DNA of 60,312 bases, the filler included, from Basidiobolus meristosporus CBS 931.73 (taxonomy: Eukaryota; Fungi; Basidiobolomycota): assembly GCA_002104905.1 (NCBI GenBank). It is 3 parts of 3 records of this genome, joined end to end, with 100 filler letters (N's around TTAATTAATTAA, not from the genome) between each part and the next. Parts side by side here need not be neighbours in the genome. Positions count along the whole stretch, not along the records: positions 18,656 to 45,499 come from MCFE01000910.1; positions 45,600 to 60,312 come from MCFE01001171.1; 1 more part is not named here. One strand, given 5' to 3'. Under the pieces are notes generated by a model. That model did not search any database. It was given only the letters and a program-made list of their open reading frames with translations, and was not told the origin of the DNA. Below, piece by piece: positions 34,130-46,529 of the stretch. Numbering within the stretch: the first letter of the stretch is position 1; each line of letters opens with the position of its first letter. The translations under genes were made by a program, and so were the position numbers.

Positions 34130-36258
34130 TTATTTCTGTTGAAACCTAAGCTGAACCTCAATTGCCAGTTGTATTAGCCTATACAAGTCTCTATACCCTA
34201 CACTAACATTAAGCCCAATCCCACACTTAACAATCAACTCCATTAAAATCCACCACTCAATAAGTATTTCTGCTATAATGCTCTGGTTCCACAACTTTGG
34301 CAGGAACCCAACAACTTTATGCCACTGTTCATTCACTGGTTCCCACATGTCCTGGTCTTCAGCCAGCACTGCAAGGTCTAGCTCCTTATCTGGCAGTCTT
34401 TGCAATAAATCCTTGTAGTATTCCAGTGCATTTTATTGAGAACTGCTCTGGAAGATGTGCTGCAACCTCTTGGTGTGCCTATAATTGTTCCAAAACTTCA
34501 CTGAATGCATTATGATAGTCTTTTGAGCTCTTGACATTGTAGCCTTGTTTTTCAATGGGATCCCTGCTCTGTCAACAATGGAGGATGTGGAGGCTATGGT
34601 AGACAAATTGCTTTTTTCAGGAAACTCATCTACCTTGCTGGAGTGTAGCTCAACTGGCTGCACTTCCAACTCTTGTGAAAACAGCTGTTTTCTTGTTGGT
34701 AATTCTTCTTGGCTATGATAGGATTCAGTCTGTTCCTGGCTTGCAATGTTAATTGGCAAGAACTGCAGTTTTATTTGCATGCCTCCATGTCTAAGGCATG
34801 AGTAAACCCTTTTCCCCTTACCTTTTCCTTCATCACTGCCAGGTCTTTCACTGCTACCTTGTCTGAGTGCTTCTTGTAAAGATTTACATTTTCTCCTGGA
34901 TAAATTCTGCTCTGACACATCTGTTTTGGCCTGCTTGTCCCTTGCTGGCACTCTTTGGGCAACCTGACGTTTCTTTTCCACTTGTTTTGAGCTCTCAACC
35001 ATAGTTGTGGTGGTCTCCTGTAAAAGCGACTGGTTTTTGTCACTGCCAGGTCCTTCACTGCTACTCTAACTGGGTGCTTCTTGAGATTTACTTTGCCATT
35101 TCCTTGGAAAATGTTGTGCTGGTGCATCCATGTCTGCCTGCTTGTCCCAGATTAGCACTCTTCCAGCTACCTGACATTGCTTTGACACTTGTCTGGAGCT
35201 TTTGGCCCTGCTTATAACAGGCTCTTACGGAAGCCACTGGTTTTTAGCCATGGCACCCTTGTTCTTCTGTCTTTGATAGTTTCTGCTATTCTTATGATAC
35301 TTTCTAGCACACTAGTGCTGGCCCAAAATCTGTTTGCCCATTTGAGTCTAGGATAATGCTCATGCAACAAGTCAAGTGCATTCTGCTTGGCCTTAAGCTC
35401 CTGATGGTCCCATGGTATGCTAGCCTTAGGGTGATGGTGTGCTAGACTTCAGATGGCCTGTTATATATTAGCCCACTCTTCATTATTGCACCCAATGGCT
35501 TTGCAGATCTTTAATGTCTTTTGATTTTTAGGCTCTGGTATAAACACCACATTATCTCCCTCCCACGCAGTGATAGGTTTCTGTGGGCTTTATCTTTGGG
35601 CACTGTGGTTGCACTTCAAAGACTGTATGGTGTTCCTCTACTGCTACATCAGGAAATGGCTTAACTCCTGGCTATGACATTAAACTACTTGAGTTCCTTC
35701 TTTGCAGCACAGATATTGCTTTCTTGACTTAGGATATTGATTGCTCTACACATATTATCTGCTCATCCTGTTTCTGAACTATTTCCTGATTTCTCTGGGC
35801 CATTGCATCTATCCTATCAGCCACTGCACCTAATTGCTTCATTAATGCTTTGGTATGAGCTGACAACATATTTGTAAATATGGGTGTGGTGATGTTATCA
35901 TGACCACATGCTGATCTTGAACTGAGGGTACTGTGTTTGCTACATTCTCATCTGCCTGAGCATAATGGTCAGCTTGTGGCTCTGCAGAGGTTCTCAATTG
36001 CCCACTTGACTTAGAGCCTGAGGAATCTGCATTATTACCTTCAATGGGCATGCTGTCCACAGGGCTTTCTTTGGATGTAGCCCCACTTGTTGCACTGAAT
36101 GTCAAAGCAAACTGTTGTCCAGCCATTCTTCTGTTGCCATCAGCGGTGGAATTTGGTTGAGAACCAGACAACTTTGCTTTATTTTTTGGCAGTATATATG
36201 AAGGTAAGTCAAACCAAAGGGGAGATAGTGTTACATATACATGTGTATGTGGTGCCAC
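34130..36258 (-). pseudogene. CACTA accessory ORF (unknown protein), divergent from the transposase, heavily disrupted
   Basis: ORF pieces 35842-36258, 34433-35002 and 34130-34405, plus a frame reading WEGDNVVFIPEPK...IPWDHQELKAKQNALDLLHEHYPRLKWANRFWAS. Paralogous DNA at ~13180-14527 and ~44350-44977. Confidence 0.45.
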
Positions 36259-37189
36259 AACTTTATTTATAATGCTTACTATGGCAGGTCATTATTGAAT
36301 CTTACATTCATGTAGGTGCAATGTCTCAAATACAAGACTGTCTTAAACTCACATGAGTATTGATCAAAAAGTGATATAATAGCATTATGTTGTTGAAGGT
36401 CAAACTGTTTGCCCTATGGACAAGACTACTTTGACTCAATGCCGTAGGAGAAGAGAAAAAAGACCATGTGGCTATTGTGGCCAGCTTCTCAGCCATGAAT
36501 CACATAGACAGCATAGGAAATAATACAAGGATCACAGCCAGTTTTTGCCACCCAAGTCATTTATGACCGTTCATTGGTCACTACTATACCCACATTATCT
36601 TGCCAGCCAATTGATACTTCTATATTGGCACCTGGCCATCTTAGTCACCTTGTGCAAACTGAGTCAGGTGAGTGTGTGATGCCTTTAGGCTCCCCTCAGC
36701 CTTCTGAATATGGCATGCAGATTGATAGTTCTGACAAAGAAGGCTCACTGATGGATCTTGAGCCTATCTCCCCTAACAATAGTACCACATATGAGCCTGG
36801 TTAAATCCCTATATGCAATGAGATAACAGCAATTGAAACAAACGCCAAGGATACTTTATGGAGCCAAGTGAGCCCAGTAATCCATCTACTGGTGAATGAT
36901 GTAATGTTGTGGCCAAAGAAGTGGCGCATTTCCACTAATATCAGTAATGGGTGCTTTGAGGATTTATTACTACTTCTTGCCAAAGTCATACCAGGATGCA
37001 ACTTACCATGTACATTGTACAAGTGGCCAACAGTCATGTGGCTGGCAACATATGATCCAGAGACTGTCCTGATTCCAGCATGTGTTAATAGTTGCATGGC
37101 ATTCACATCCAAATATGCTACCATTGCAACATATCCAAATTGTCAGGAATCCACCACCATTGAGGGAAAGCATTGTTCACACTCTGGAT

Positions 37190-39182
37190 ATATATCTCCA
37201 GTAATAGGACACCATTCCAAAAAATTATCTCAGCTGAGATATGGCAAGAAGCCGAATCTTATTCTGAAAAACTTCCACTTTGTTGGGGTCAAAGGTCACC
37301 CCTGTGCTGGTCACTATGTGCCCCAGATATTCAACATACTTTACAAAGTACTAACCTTTTGGTAACTTGCTAAATAGCCTGATTTCTCTCAGCTTCTTCA
37401 ATAACTTCAAAATGTGGATCAAGTGGTTGACTTCTGTCTTGCTGTAAATCAATATGCTATCTAGGTAGAATACCAAAAACCTGTCAAGTACTCCTGTAAC
37501 ACAGTTTCCATCAAGCTTATGAATTTTGCAAGGCATTTTTTGGAGTAAACACATTCAGGGCTCTGTAATGGATGCACATTCTAGGTGTTCCATCCTTCTG
37601 CTTCATAAACAGTGCTGGTGCTCCCTTCAGTAACTTGATGGGTGTGATATAACCTTGTTCAAATAGCTGATCTTTTGTTACTTCATTTCTTCCAATTCCA
37701 ATGGACTCCTTTGTCCAGTGTCTTGCTTGCAGGTGGGTCATCCACTGTGTCAAGGATATGAACATCATCTCCAACTGGTGGTATGTTTGTAAGTGCATGT
37801 AGATATACATCTAAATATTTATTTAACAGAGTTTTGCTTCTGTGGGAAACTAAGGCTGCTGAATCTGTTTGTGTTATAACCATGAGAAACATTTGGGTAT
37901 CATTTCTAAGTGCCCTGCAGAACTATGTCTTGCTGAGCTTACTGGTGTGATCCACACTGGTACTAACAATATTGTAATACAATCTGTGAGGCAGTGCTTC
38001 ATTGATCTGGTTGTCTCTTGGATCTGAGCACCATGAGTACTTCAGTTGATTGTTGAATCTCAGTTGAACAGCCATATTTTTCCTAGGTCTGGGTCACATT
38101 TGCAGTTCCCAAATATTTAAACCTTTAGGTCTTCTTTATAGTTATGGATGTTTCTTTTTGGTGGAAGAGTAAGACATTTGGCTATTTTCAAGCTCCTATC
38201 TGCTGCTAAAACTGAAGTTGATTTGATGGGTTTGAAGCTCAATTGGGCTCCTAAGGCAAATAGCTTATTTTGTTTAAGTTGACATCCATACATATATATG
38301 TATTCTTGAACCATTCCTTTCTGTCTGAGTATCCTGAACTTCCTTCCTGGTAGATTCTGCTGATATGGAGGTCCAAGGGTATACTGAATTCTGGACACAA
38401 ACTCATCCCAGGTAGAGATAGTAGAGCATCCAATCATGGTGGCTGACCTGATTCTGTTGTATTGCCACTGTAAGGCTGCATCTGCAAAGTAACAGGCTGC
38501 ATAATGCAACTTGTCTTTCAAGGTAATTCTTCTAGCCTCAACAGCTTCTTCAATCCAGAAGTGTCAAGCTGGAAGGTCTTCATAGGATCTACAACAGTAG
38601 TAGTTGATTTTTGACACTATAGTTGCTCTTGACAGAGCTTTGCTAGCTCTGAGCTACTGTAGTATTTACTTGTTGTTGCTGGCTGAGGATCTTGGGTAAC
38701 TGTAGCTGTTGGGCCAGAATTTTTGGCATGACATTCTTCCATTAATGAATTTCATCTTCTTGAGGGTGGCTGTTTTCTTTTCTAGGAGGGATGATTATGG
38801 TTATTATAGCTACCTATGTTACAAGTCCTGATATCAGTGTTGCAGAGGAATAGGAGATTTAGCATTACTGTATTTATTAAAGCCTAAACTGATCTTTGTT
38901 CAGGTTCCAGCATCACCTAATGCATTTGGCCAGATCAAGTGTTGACTAATTATATTTTAAAATGTAATCAGAGGCCAGTGGCTCATTTATTGCATCACCA
39001 ACACACAGTTAGATCTTCCTTAATTTATCTATTTCTGTCTGCTAAGGATTTGCTGATTCATTTGCTGACAGGTACTATTGAATAAATAGATAATCACTGA
39101 CTTACTGATAGACTAAGCTCAAAGCTAAATGATATGACCAAAAGCTAATTGAACTTGAACACCCAAGTGGTAGCTCACCATA
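37190..39182 (-). mobile_element. Old Ty3/Gypsy relic (LTR family C): 5' LTR 38817-39182, gag and RT fragments; left limit approximate
   Basis: gag YFADAALQW...TWDEFVSRI; RT GAPALFMKQKDGTPRMCIHYRALN, FYLDSILIYS, YLGHIVT. The LTR is the inverse of the solo LTR at 43219-43587. Confidence 0.75.
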
Positions 39183-39269
39183 CTGATATAGCTAATAGTG
39201 TGAAAAATGTTAATTTCCATTCACCTCAAGAAGCTAATTCAAACACCAGACTCACTTATCATAATAGTG

Positions 39270-39478
39270 GTATCACATTGTGCATGTGATGCAAAATTAG
39301 TATTGGAGCATTCATCTGTGCCAACCTCACTGTATCAGATTGTGTCATAGTTTGCAACAGTATCCCACATAATGCAAAATTGTTGAAGTGATCTCCTGCC
39401 TACTGGTAGCTACAACATTGTGCCCAATTGTTCTCAAATATCACAGCATGCTATGTTGTTGTACAAAGGAGCAAGTCT
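39270..39478. mobile_element. Right-end fragment of the Harbinger-like family; start approximate
   Basis: Paralog of ~11930-12131; ends GGAGCAAGTCT followed by ATT. Confidence 0.6.
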
Positions 39479-40524
39479 ATTGTAGTCATGAAAGATATTC
39501 CATCAGCACACACCACCCTACAGTAGGTCAATAGCTTGTTGCAATATTGGTTGTAAGGGTCTTGAATGTATAGGAAGTAATTGGCACAGCAAGTGCATCA
39601 TATGGTTTTACTTAGTATATTACTCAATGTGAAAGCTGTATTTTTACTTTTACATGGTCTTGGTAGAACAAACATGCAAAATGCACTTTGGTAGGTCCTA
39701 AGAACATGTGGGCAAATATTGGGGCTGTTTGGACAACTTTGATAATTCTCATTTTCTATGTACCTGATGATTAAGTCCCATAAGCAGATTTAGTCAGTTT
39801 GACAATGATTTGTTGATTATATCTTAAGTGACTAAGTTAGGTGAGTAGCTAGGTGGAACCACTCACTTTAATAATACTCCTACCCAACTAAATACACCTA
39901 CTGACTAATGGCAATTGTGAGCTATGATATTCAAATTTATCTCTAGCTAATGGTTTGGTAATATGACTAAAATCATTTCATTGTATGGCAGTAGGCTAAG
40001 TCAACTGAGCTACTATCATTAGCTGCACACATGAAATGATGTATAATATCTATGTGTTTAGCTTTAGTATGAAAAGCTTGATATCTACAAAAGTGTACAC
40101 TTCCTAGATCATCTTGTTAAGTAGTAGCAGGCATATTTTTACATAAGTCTAAATTTTTAGAAGCTTTCCTAGCCACACTGCTTATTTTGTAGCTTCATAG
40201 GCTGCCATATACTGTACCTCTTTGATGGAGATGGCTACAGCTGGTTGCTTGCTTGAATTTCTGGAAATGGCTCCTATATTTTAAAGCAAGGTGTATACTG
40301 TGGTGGATCCTCTGTCTTTTTAATCCTGTCCCAAATCTGTGTCAGAGCATCCTGCAAGACCTAATTCTGAGTCTTTATAAGAGTAGCTTGAGCTGATGTC
40401 AGTAGTTCCATATGCATATCTAAAAGTCCACTTTACTGCACCAATATGCTCAGTTCCATTGTTCTGATTTTGCTAGTATACAACTGCCACCTAATATAAG
40501 ATATCTTCAGATGTTTCAAGCATT

Positions 40525-41015
40525 AAATTTGTTCCATTGGATAGTGCCACATTGAGCCATGAGTGCCAAATGATGTCATAGTGTGCCAGGGATGCCAAGT
40601 GAACCTATACTTGGCCACAGAGTGTGAAACACAGCTCTGTATCTTCATGCAAAGCAGCCCCTGTGTTTTACCCTTTGTGTCGGAGAAAATCCATTTTTTG
40701 ACCTTTTTTTTAGTTCAATGTTGTACAGGATGTGTGAGAGCACAATAGGATTGAAGATTTGCATCTGGTACTCAATACATATCTTCAGTACTTCTGTGCT
40801 CTCACACATCCTGCACAACATTGATCCACAAAAAAATATCAAAAAATGGATTTTCTCCTGCATCATAGGTGAAACACAGGGGCTGCTTTGCATGAAGATG
40901 CAGAGCTATGTTTCACACTCTGTGGCCAAGTATAGGGTCACTTGGCCTCTCTGGCACACTTTGGCATTATTTGGCACTCATGGCTCAATGCAGCACTATC
41001 CAACAGAGCAAGTCT
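40525..41015. mobile_element. 491-bp fold-back MITE (AGACTTG/ANT family)
   Basis: The whole element is an imperfect palindrome centred on GTAC (40768-40771). ATT is duplicated (40522-40524, 41016-41018), and removal restores the Copia sequence AAGCATTATATACATC. Confidence 0.88.
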
Positions 41016-43218
41016 ATTATATACATCAGACTGCTGTTCATATATTTGTAAAGAAGCTCTGGGCTTTCAGAATTCACTAGACACTCTTGATTTGGTAGAG
41101 TGCTGAAAAACTTGAGGCTTGCCTTTTTTGGGTAATTGCCAGTTCACTGTCTTCCATTTGATACTTGTTTGATTTATCTTCAATGTAATTGGTGTGGTTT
41201 AGAGTAATAGTCTGGGTCCTTTTGCTATGAGTAATGTTAGCTAAGTAGATACTGAATTCTCATAGATTGGACATTATGAACTCCTGAGATAGGCTGGATC
41301 CAGCTGTTTCTGAGGCTTCTTGGGTATTGGTGGCTAAAGCAAGATCATGCATATATAAAGCTATTAGAACAGGATCTCCTCTGCCAGGATCATAGTTGAC
41401 ACTATATTTAGCAGTATTCCCATGAATGATCAAAGATTCCAAATAAGAATCTGTCCTTTAATTCCAGACTCTTAGTGGTTGTTTGATATTACTTGATGAT
41501 TTTGAAGGCATGCAGACCTAATGGAGTATGTCTTGGTCTACAAACTCATCAGGCTGGTCTAAGTACATGTCCTCATCAAGTTTTTCATTCAAAATGTAAT
41601 TCTCAGATCAAATTGGGTATGAAAAACTCATATTTGGCTGCAATAGCCAATATTAATCTGGCAGATTAAACTTGCTTACCATTGCCAAGATCTGAGTATA
41701 GTCAACTTTCTTAGCTTGAAAGTATTTTTTGGCCATAACTCATGCTTTGTATCTTTGTACTCTATTATCAGCCTTCTGTTGAGTCTTGAAGACCTATTTG
41801 CATCCAGCTGATGATCAGCTGAATGGTAACTTTACAAAGTCCCAAGTGTGAATTTCAGTTGGGCCTAGTACTCTGCAGTTATTCCAGATCTTCAAAGCTT
41901 TGCCTGGTGGCTATTTTAGGTCCCCTTTGGCAATGTGAGGCTCTTCACCACAGACTGAATATGCAATGGCTAAGTCTTTGCCCTCATTTATTTAGGAATT
42001 TGGGCTTGCCCTGGTCTGGTTGGGTCTTCTGGTCTGGAATACTGGTATGCTCACTTCCAGGATGTTCCTGATCATTGAACTGGGGAGAAATAGAGTTGTA
42101 GAGTCCTCCATAGTGGAACTATTTGCATTGTTTTGCTCTCAATCAATTCTGACTATTGTCCTGCCTGAGACGAGAATTTATTATTATCTGATGTCTTTTT
42201 ATGTACATATATTAAATTTTTGTCACACAACACATCCCTGGACTTCAATAGTTTCTTTGCTTGGGTATTTCAGAGTCTTTACGCCTTACTCTAGCTGTAG
42301 TAGCCCAAAGTGTGCATCTTACACTTTAGTTTCTAGCTTTGAATGACTTTCAGCTTTGCACATGCTAGGCACCTAAATATACTCCAATGCTCTGCACTTG
42401 GTCTACATATGACATGTCAACAGCAGAGTAGAAGCTCAAAGTATTCTGCAATATCTCTTATTCTTGAGATGTAGGGCTGCAACAACTTATTCCACGCAAA
42501 TATATTATGATAATTTTTGATCATGAATTATAGATGCTCCCATATCAACTATTGTTTGATCTGTACAATAGAATACTTTGTTATGCTGTAGGTAGTATGG
42601 AACAGTGGCTTCTTACTTCATACTATAACTGTTGCAGAAGTGGACAAAAAGGCTTGAGATATATTCTCTACCAATGTCAGAGTGCATTCTCTTGATTTTT
42701 TCACTTGTTTCCCTCCCTACCATGGCTTTGAGCCTTGTGAATAAAGACTGAGCTTCTTTCTTTCTTTCCATGCAGTAGACCCATGTGTTCATTGTAAAAT
42801 CATCAGTAAAAGTGACAAATATCTCATCCTGCTAAGGGAAAACTTTGTATAGGTTCACACAGATCTGGGGGAAATAGATCTAATTTTTCTTAATTTGATG
42901 AATCTAGAGCTCATAAACAGTTGTTTGGCAGCTTCTAATATATGCAGGCTTCACATTTTCTGGGGAGGAATTTTCACTCCAGAGATTAGCTGATCTTCCA
43001 CCATATAAGGCAAATGAGCAAAGTTGATATGTCCAAGTTCCCTTTCCCAGATCATTCATGTTTCTTCACCTAAAAAACTTATGTTGGCTCCCAGACATGA
43101 CAGAAGATAAGCTAACTCCCATTGCTTACAATCTTGGATACTAAAATATGTGGGCATCATTTGGTGAGTAATCTGCATCTAAAATTATAAAAGCTAAAAC
43201 TGATTCCTTCTACTATGG

Positions 43219-43587
43219 TGTTATGATCTACCACTTGAATGTTTAAGTTAGATCAGTGTTTAGTTAAATCAATTAGTTTTATCTTTAGCCTATCAGTACA
43301 TCAGTGTTATCTTTCAAATCAGTAGTATTAGTCAGCAGATGAATTAGCAGATCCTTATCAGACAGAAATAGTTATATTAAGTAGGATCTAATTGGGTGAT
43401 GATGATGCAATCAATTGAGTCATCAGCCAAAGCCTACATTAGGAAATACAATTAGTCAGCAAATGATCTGGCAAAATGTATATAAGGAGCTGCTGGAACC
43501 TCAATAAAAATCAGTTCAAGTTTTAGTGAATACAATACTAGCTAAACTCCCTATTCCTCTACAACTCTTATACCAAGACTTGTAACA
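43219..43587 (+). repeat. Solo LTR, family C (369 bp)
   Basis: TGTTATG...TGTAACA; flanks ATGG/GTGG (4-bp TSD, one mismatch); contains TATAAG and AATAAA. Confidence 0.75.
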
Positions 43588-44349
43588 GTGGTATCTCATC
43601 TAGATATTAGAATCATGGCTATTTCTACTTCACAGAGTACTTCCTAGGCAGTAAATATGTGGCAAAATTTACTGCTGCTAAGGCATGCTTGGATAATTCC
43701 TGCACTGACTGCATTAACTGTTCTTACTTTACCCAAGGACCTTCTGAATTAGATTGCTTAATATAGGTATAAGTTCTCTTGGACATGTAAAGTGTTGCAA
43801 TGCTGCAAGGTATATATACCATATCTGAGAGTTCTTGCTAATGACTGGATTCAATCCAGATATAGATTGTCTATCTTCAATTGTATCATCTTATCTATAC
43901 TCAGGCTTCTAGCACAGATTATTCCAGTCTCTTAGAGACACTGGTCTGATGTGTATCCTTTCCTTCTTCAGTTAGTTGCAAAGTGGCTTATTGTATTTGA
44001 GGGGTCTTGGATACTTTCTTTGCTGATGATCATTGCTAATCAAAGCATTTTTTCATCCATTTTATTGGCAATTGATTTCCCAAATTCTTCATCTACAAGC
44101 CTTCCATATATGCAGTTTAAGCTCAATCTTTAGTTTTAGACTTCAGGGTTCATACAAGGCTATGAAACTTGTCTGCCAGGCTATTGAAGACTGTGACTGT
44201 TATATTTCATCAGTATGTGATACACCCTCTTATTCTATCTCATCAGCTAGACAGGTAACTCCAGCTGAGCACCACCAGTATTAGCAAATATGCTACCAGC
44301 TCATTCCAAAGTACTAATCAGGCAGCTAGGAGCTGTGGCTTAAATGTTT

Positions 44350-44977
44350 TGCCAATGTAACACCAAAGGAACCCCATATAGTCTTTGAAGCACAACAACA
44401 GTGCCCAAAAATAGAGCCCATTGAGAACATATCACAACATAGGAGGGTAAGATTATAAGTTTTATATCAAAGCCTAACAGTCAAAGGACACTCAAGTCCC
44501 ATGAAGCTGTTGAGTGAAATTATGCTCAGTGAGCTAATATTCAATAGGCTGCAAGGAGCTTGGACTGCTATCACCTTAAGATTGGCACACCACAGGACCA
44601 TCAGGAGCTCAAGGCCAAGCAGAATACTGATAATTTGTACTGCAAATGGTGCCTTTTGTTTAAAAAAGCAAATGGATTTTGAGCTTGCAAAGTGTGATAA
44701 GAGTGTACTCAAGAATTGCGGAAGATATCAAAGGCAGAAGAACAAGAGTGGCATTGCTAATTACTGGCAGCTTCTTCCAGAGTCTATCACAAGCAAGGCT
44801 GTAAGCTGGAAACAAGTGTTGCTGAATTTTCAGGTGGCTGGGAGAGTGCAGATGAGAGACTAGCAGGCAGGAAGGACTGCACCTGTGCAACATTTATCAA
44901 GGAACCAGGGCAGTACAAATGATGAAGCACCCAGTCATAGTAACAGTGATGGAGATGGCAGTGCCAAAAACCAGCGG
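44350..44977 (+). mobile_element. Fragment of the CACTA accessory-gene region; start approximate
   Basis: Paralog of ~13800-14520 and inverse paralog of ~35030-35650. Confidence 0.5.
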
Positions 44978-45499
44978 TGTGGTGGTGTATAAGTCCAAGG
45001 GAGAGATACGTCCAACACTTCTCAAGTGTTTTGTGTGTGGGGTGTTCACTGGGTGCAATAACCTCTGGCAAAAGCTTGCTAGGAATACTTGGGTTCTGTC
45101 TCTAATCTAATGTGAAGGGGAATAAAGCCACAAGCTTGTCAAGGGAAAACTATTGAGCTACAATCCCCAACTTAGTTGGCGTCTTAACAAAAGTATGTGC
45201 TGGGTTCAGCGTCCTTTGAGATGACAATGTACTAAAGCTTCCAAAGTCAAAACAACTGTAAACTCCACCAGCAGGGACTTGATAAGAATGCAGCTTTGGT
45301 CAATAGTTACAAAGACAGAAAAGTATCTTTGCCTGTACAAGAACAAGCTTGGGAAAGAATCAAATATAATAAAAGATACCTACTCTGAGTATTCCTCACA
45401 AGTAGTGCCTCCAAGGTCAGTTGGCTGTCAGCGCGGTTTCCTGGGAGTGTCCTGTGGTCTAGGGTTGGAAGTTCAGGTAGCAGCAGGTAGCAGTGATCA
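44978..45499 (-). repeat. LTR B6, cut by the assembly gap
   Basis: Near-identical to B5; left flank GCGG (44974-44977). Confidence 0.88.
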
Positions 45500-45599
45500 N
45501 NNNNNNNNNNNNNNNNNNNNNNNNNNNNNNNNNNNNNNNNNNNTTAATTAATTAANNNNNNNNNNNNNNNNNNNNNNNNNNNNNNNNNNNNNNNNNNNN
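45500..45599. other. Artificial contig spacer
   Basis: 44 N + TTAATTAATTAA + 44 N. Confidence 0.95.
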
Positions 45600-46529
45600 A
45601 ACCTCTCACTCTCAATTTCCAAGACAGTCCCAATTGGATGCACTACAACTATACAGAACACTAGCATTCTGCCACAACAAACTGTAATATATCTAGGTCT
45701 GCCGTTTTGTCAACATGGGATTGACACAAAGCTCCACCTGAATAATAGGATCCGTCTTGCCCAACAGGCTCTCAAAAAGCTTCTGGTAGTAGTCACTCCA
45801 GACACTCCAATTCAAAAGATCCCTATACTTCTGAAGCAGTATGTACTGCCGGTACTTGAATTTGGTCTCCACATTATACCCCTTACCTCCAGAGAACTTC
45901 ACCGCCTGGATAAATTTCTCCATCAGTGTATCAGATCCTTGGTACCTTATCTTCCAGTATCTCCCTATATCCATGCAACTAATGGAGCCTTTGGGTTCTA
46001 CCCATACCAAATCCGAATGATCTATCTCCGGGCTTCCTTCCTAGTCAAACTTCAGAAATCACATAACCCCTCCATCAAACAATGGCTTCAATCTAACTCC
46101 TCCCTGAAATCTTCTTGCTGGCACACCCTGGTTGGCTCTGCTGTAGTAACAGAGCTTGCTTCAAGACTTCAAAAAGCTGAGAAACCAAGACTACTGGCTC
46201 AGGACCATCTAAGATCTATGTGGCAGAGCTACTTACAAGTCCACACACCTTTCCTACTACACCTAATCCCAGGCTGGGTTCCAGTCTTGGATTATATTGA
46301 TCAGAAACATCTACAATTTGTACTTCCCCCAAAACCCCTGAATTTTATATTTACCACTGATGAGCTTTACTTTATTGAAACAAACATTAGAGATGAAACA
46401 AAACATAGATTAGATTACTTATTAGAGAGGTTCTAGACCTCTTAATTGGCTTCTTTATTTGTACTTAGATTAGTTCTTAACTCAAATAAAGATTTCACCA
46501 ACTTGGTGACTTTCCCTCCCCTAACCCTA
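45600..46529 (+). mobile_element. LINE (family B), 3' portion; open frame 45600-46436
   Basis: Frame LSISKTVPIG...IYLGLPF...RIRLAQQAL...VLPVLEFGL...KSSCWHTL is homologous to the RT thumb and C-terminus of the 58637-60312 LINE. The 3' end reads AAATAAAGATTTCAC...TTGGTGACTTTCCCTCCCCTAACCCTA. Confidence 0.8.

Larger units (their letters stand above)
31650..37195 (+). mobile_element. CACTA/EnSpm-like copy 3: left TIR, accessory-gene region and transposase 5' part; interrupted by B4/B5 and truncated
   Basis: Starts CCCTATGAAAAAAAATTG; 36422-~37195 is a paralog of window positions 1-~770. Confidence 0.65.
39540..44260 (-). mobile_element. Ancient, heavily mutated Copia copy of the same family; limits approximate
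   Basis: Colinear with copy 2 from an eroded LTR (~39540-39875) through RH, RT, IN and PR to gag; no long ORF; carries two insertions. Confidence 0.8.

Noticed and set aside
27923-45551. Recurrent 90-106 aa ORF (M.RMQLWSIVTK...) at 27923, 32271, 33213 and 45279
   Set aside because: It lies antisense inside near-identical LTR-B copies, starts at TTG, and many differences between copies change amino acids. The recurrence reflects LTR copy number, not a gene family.
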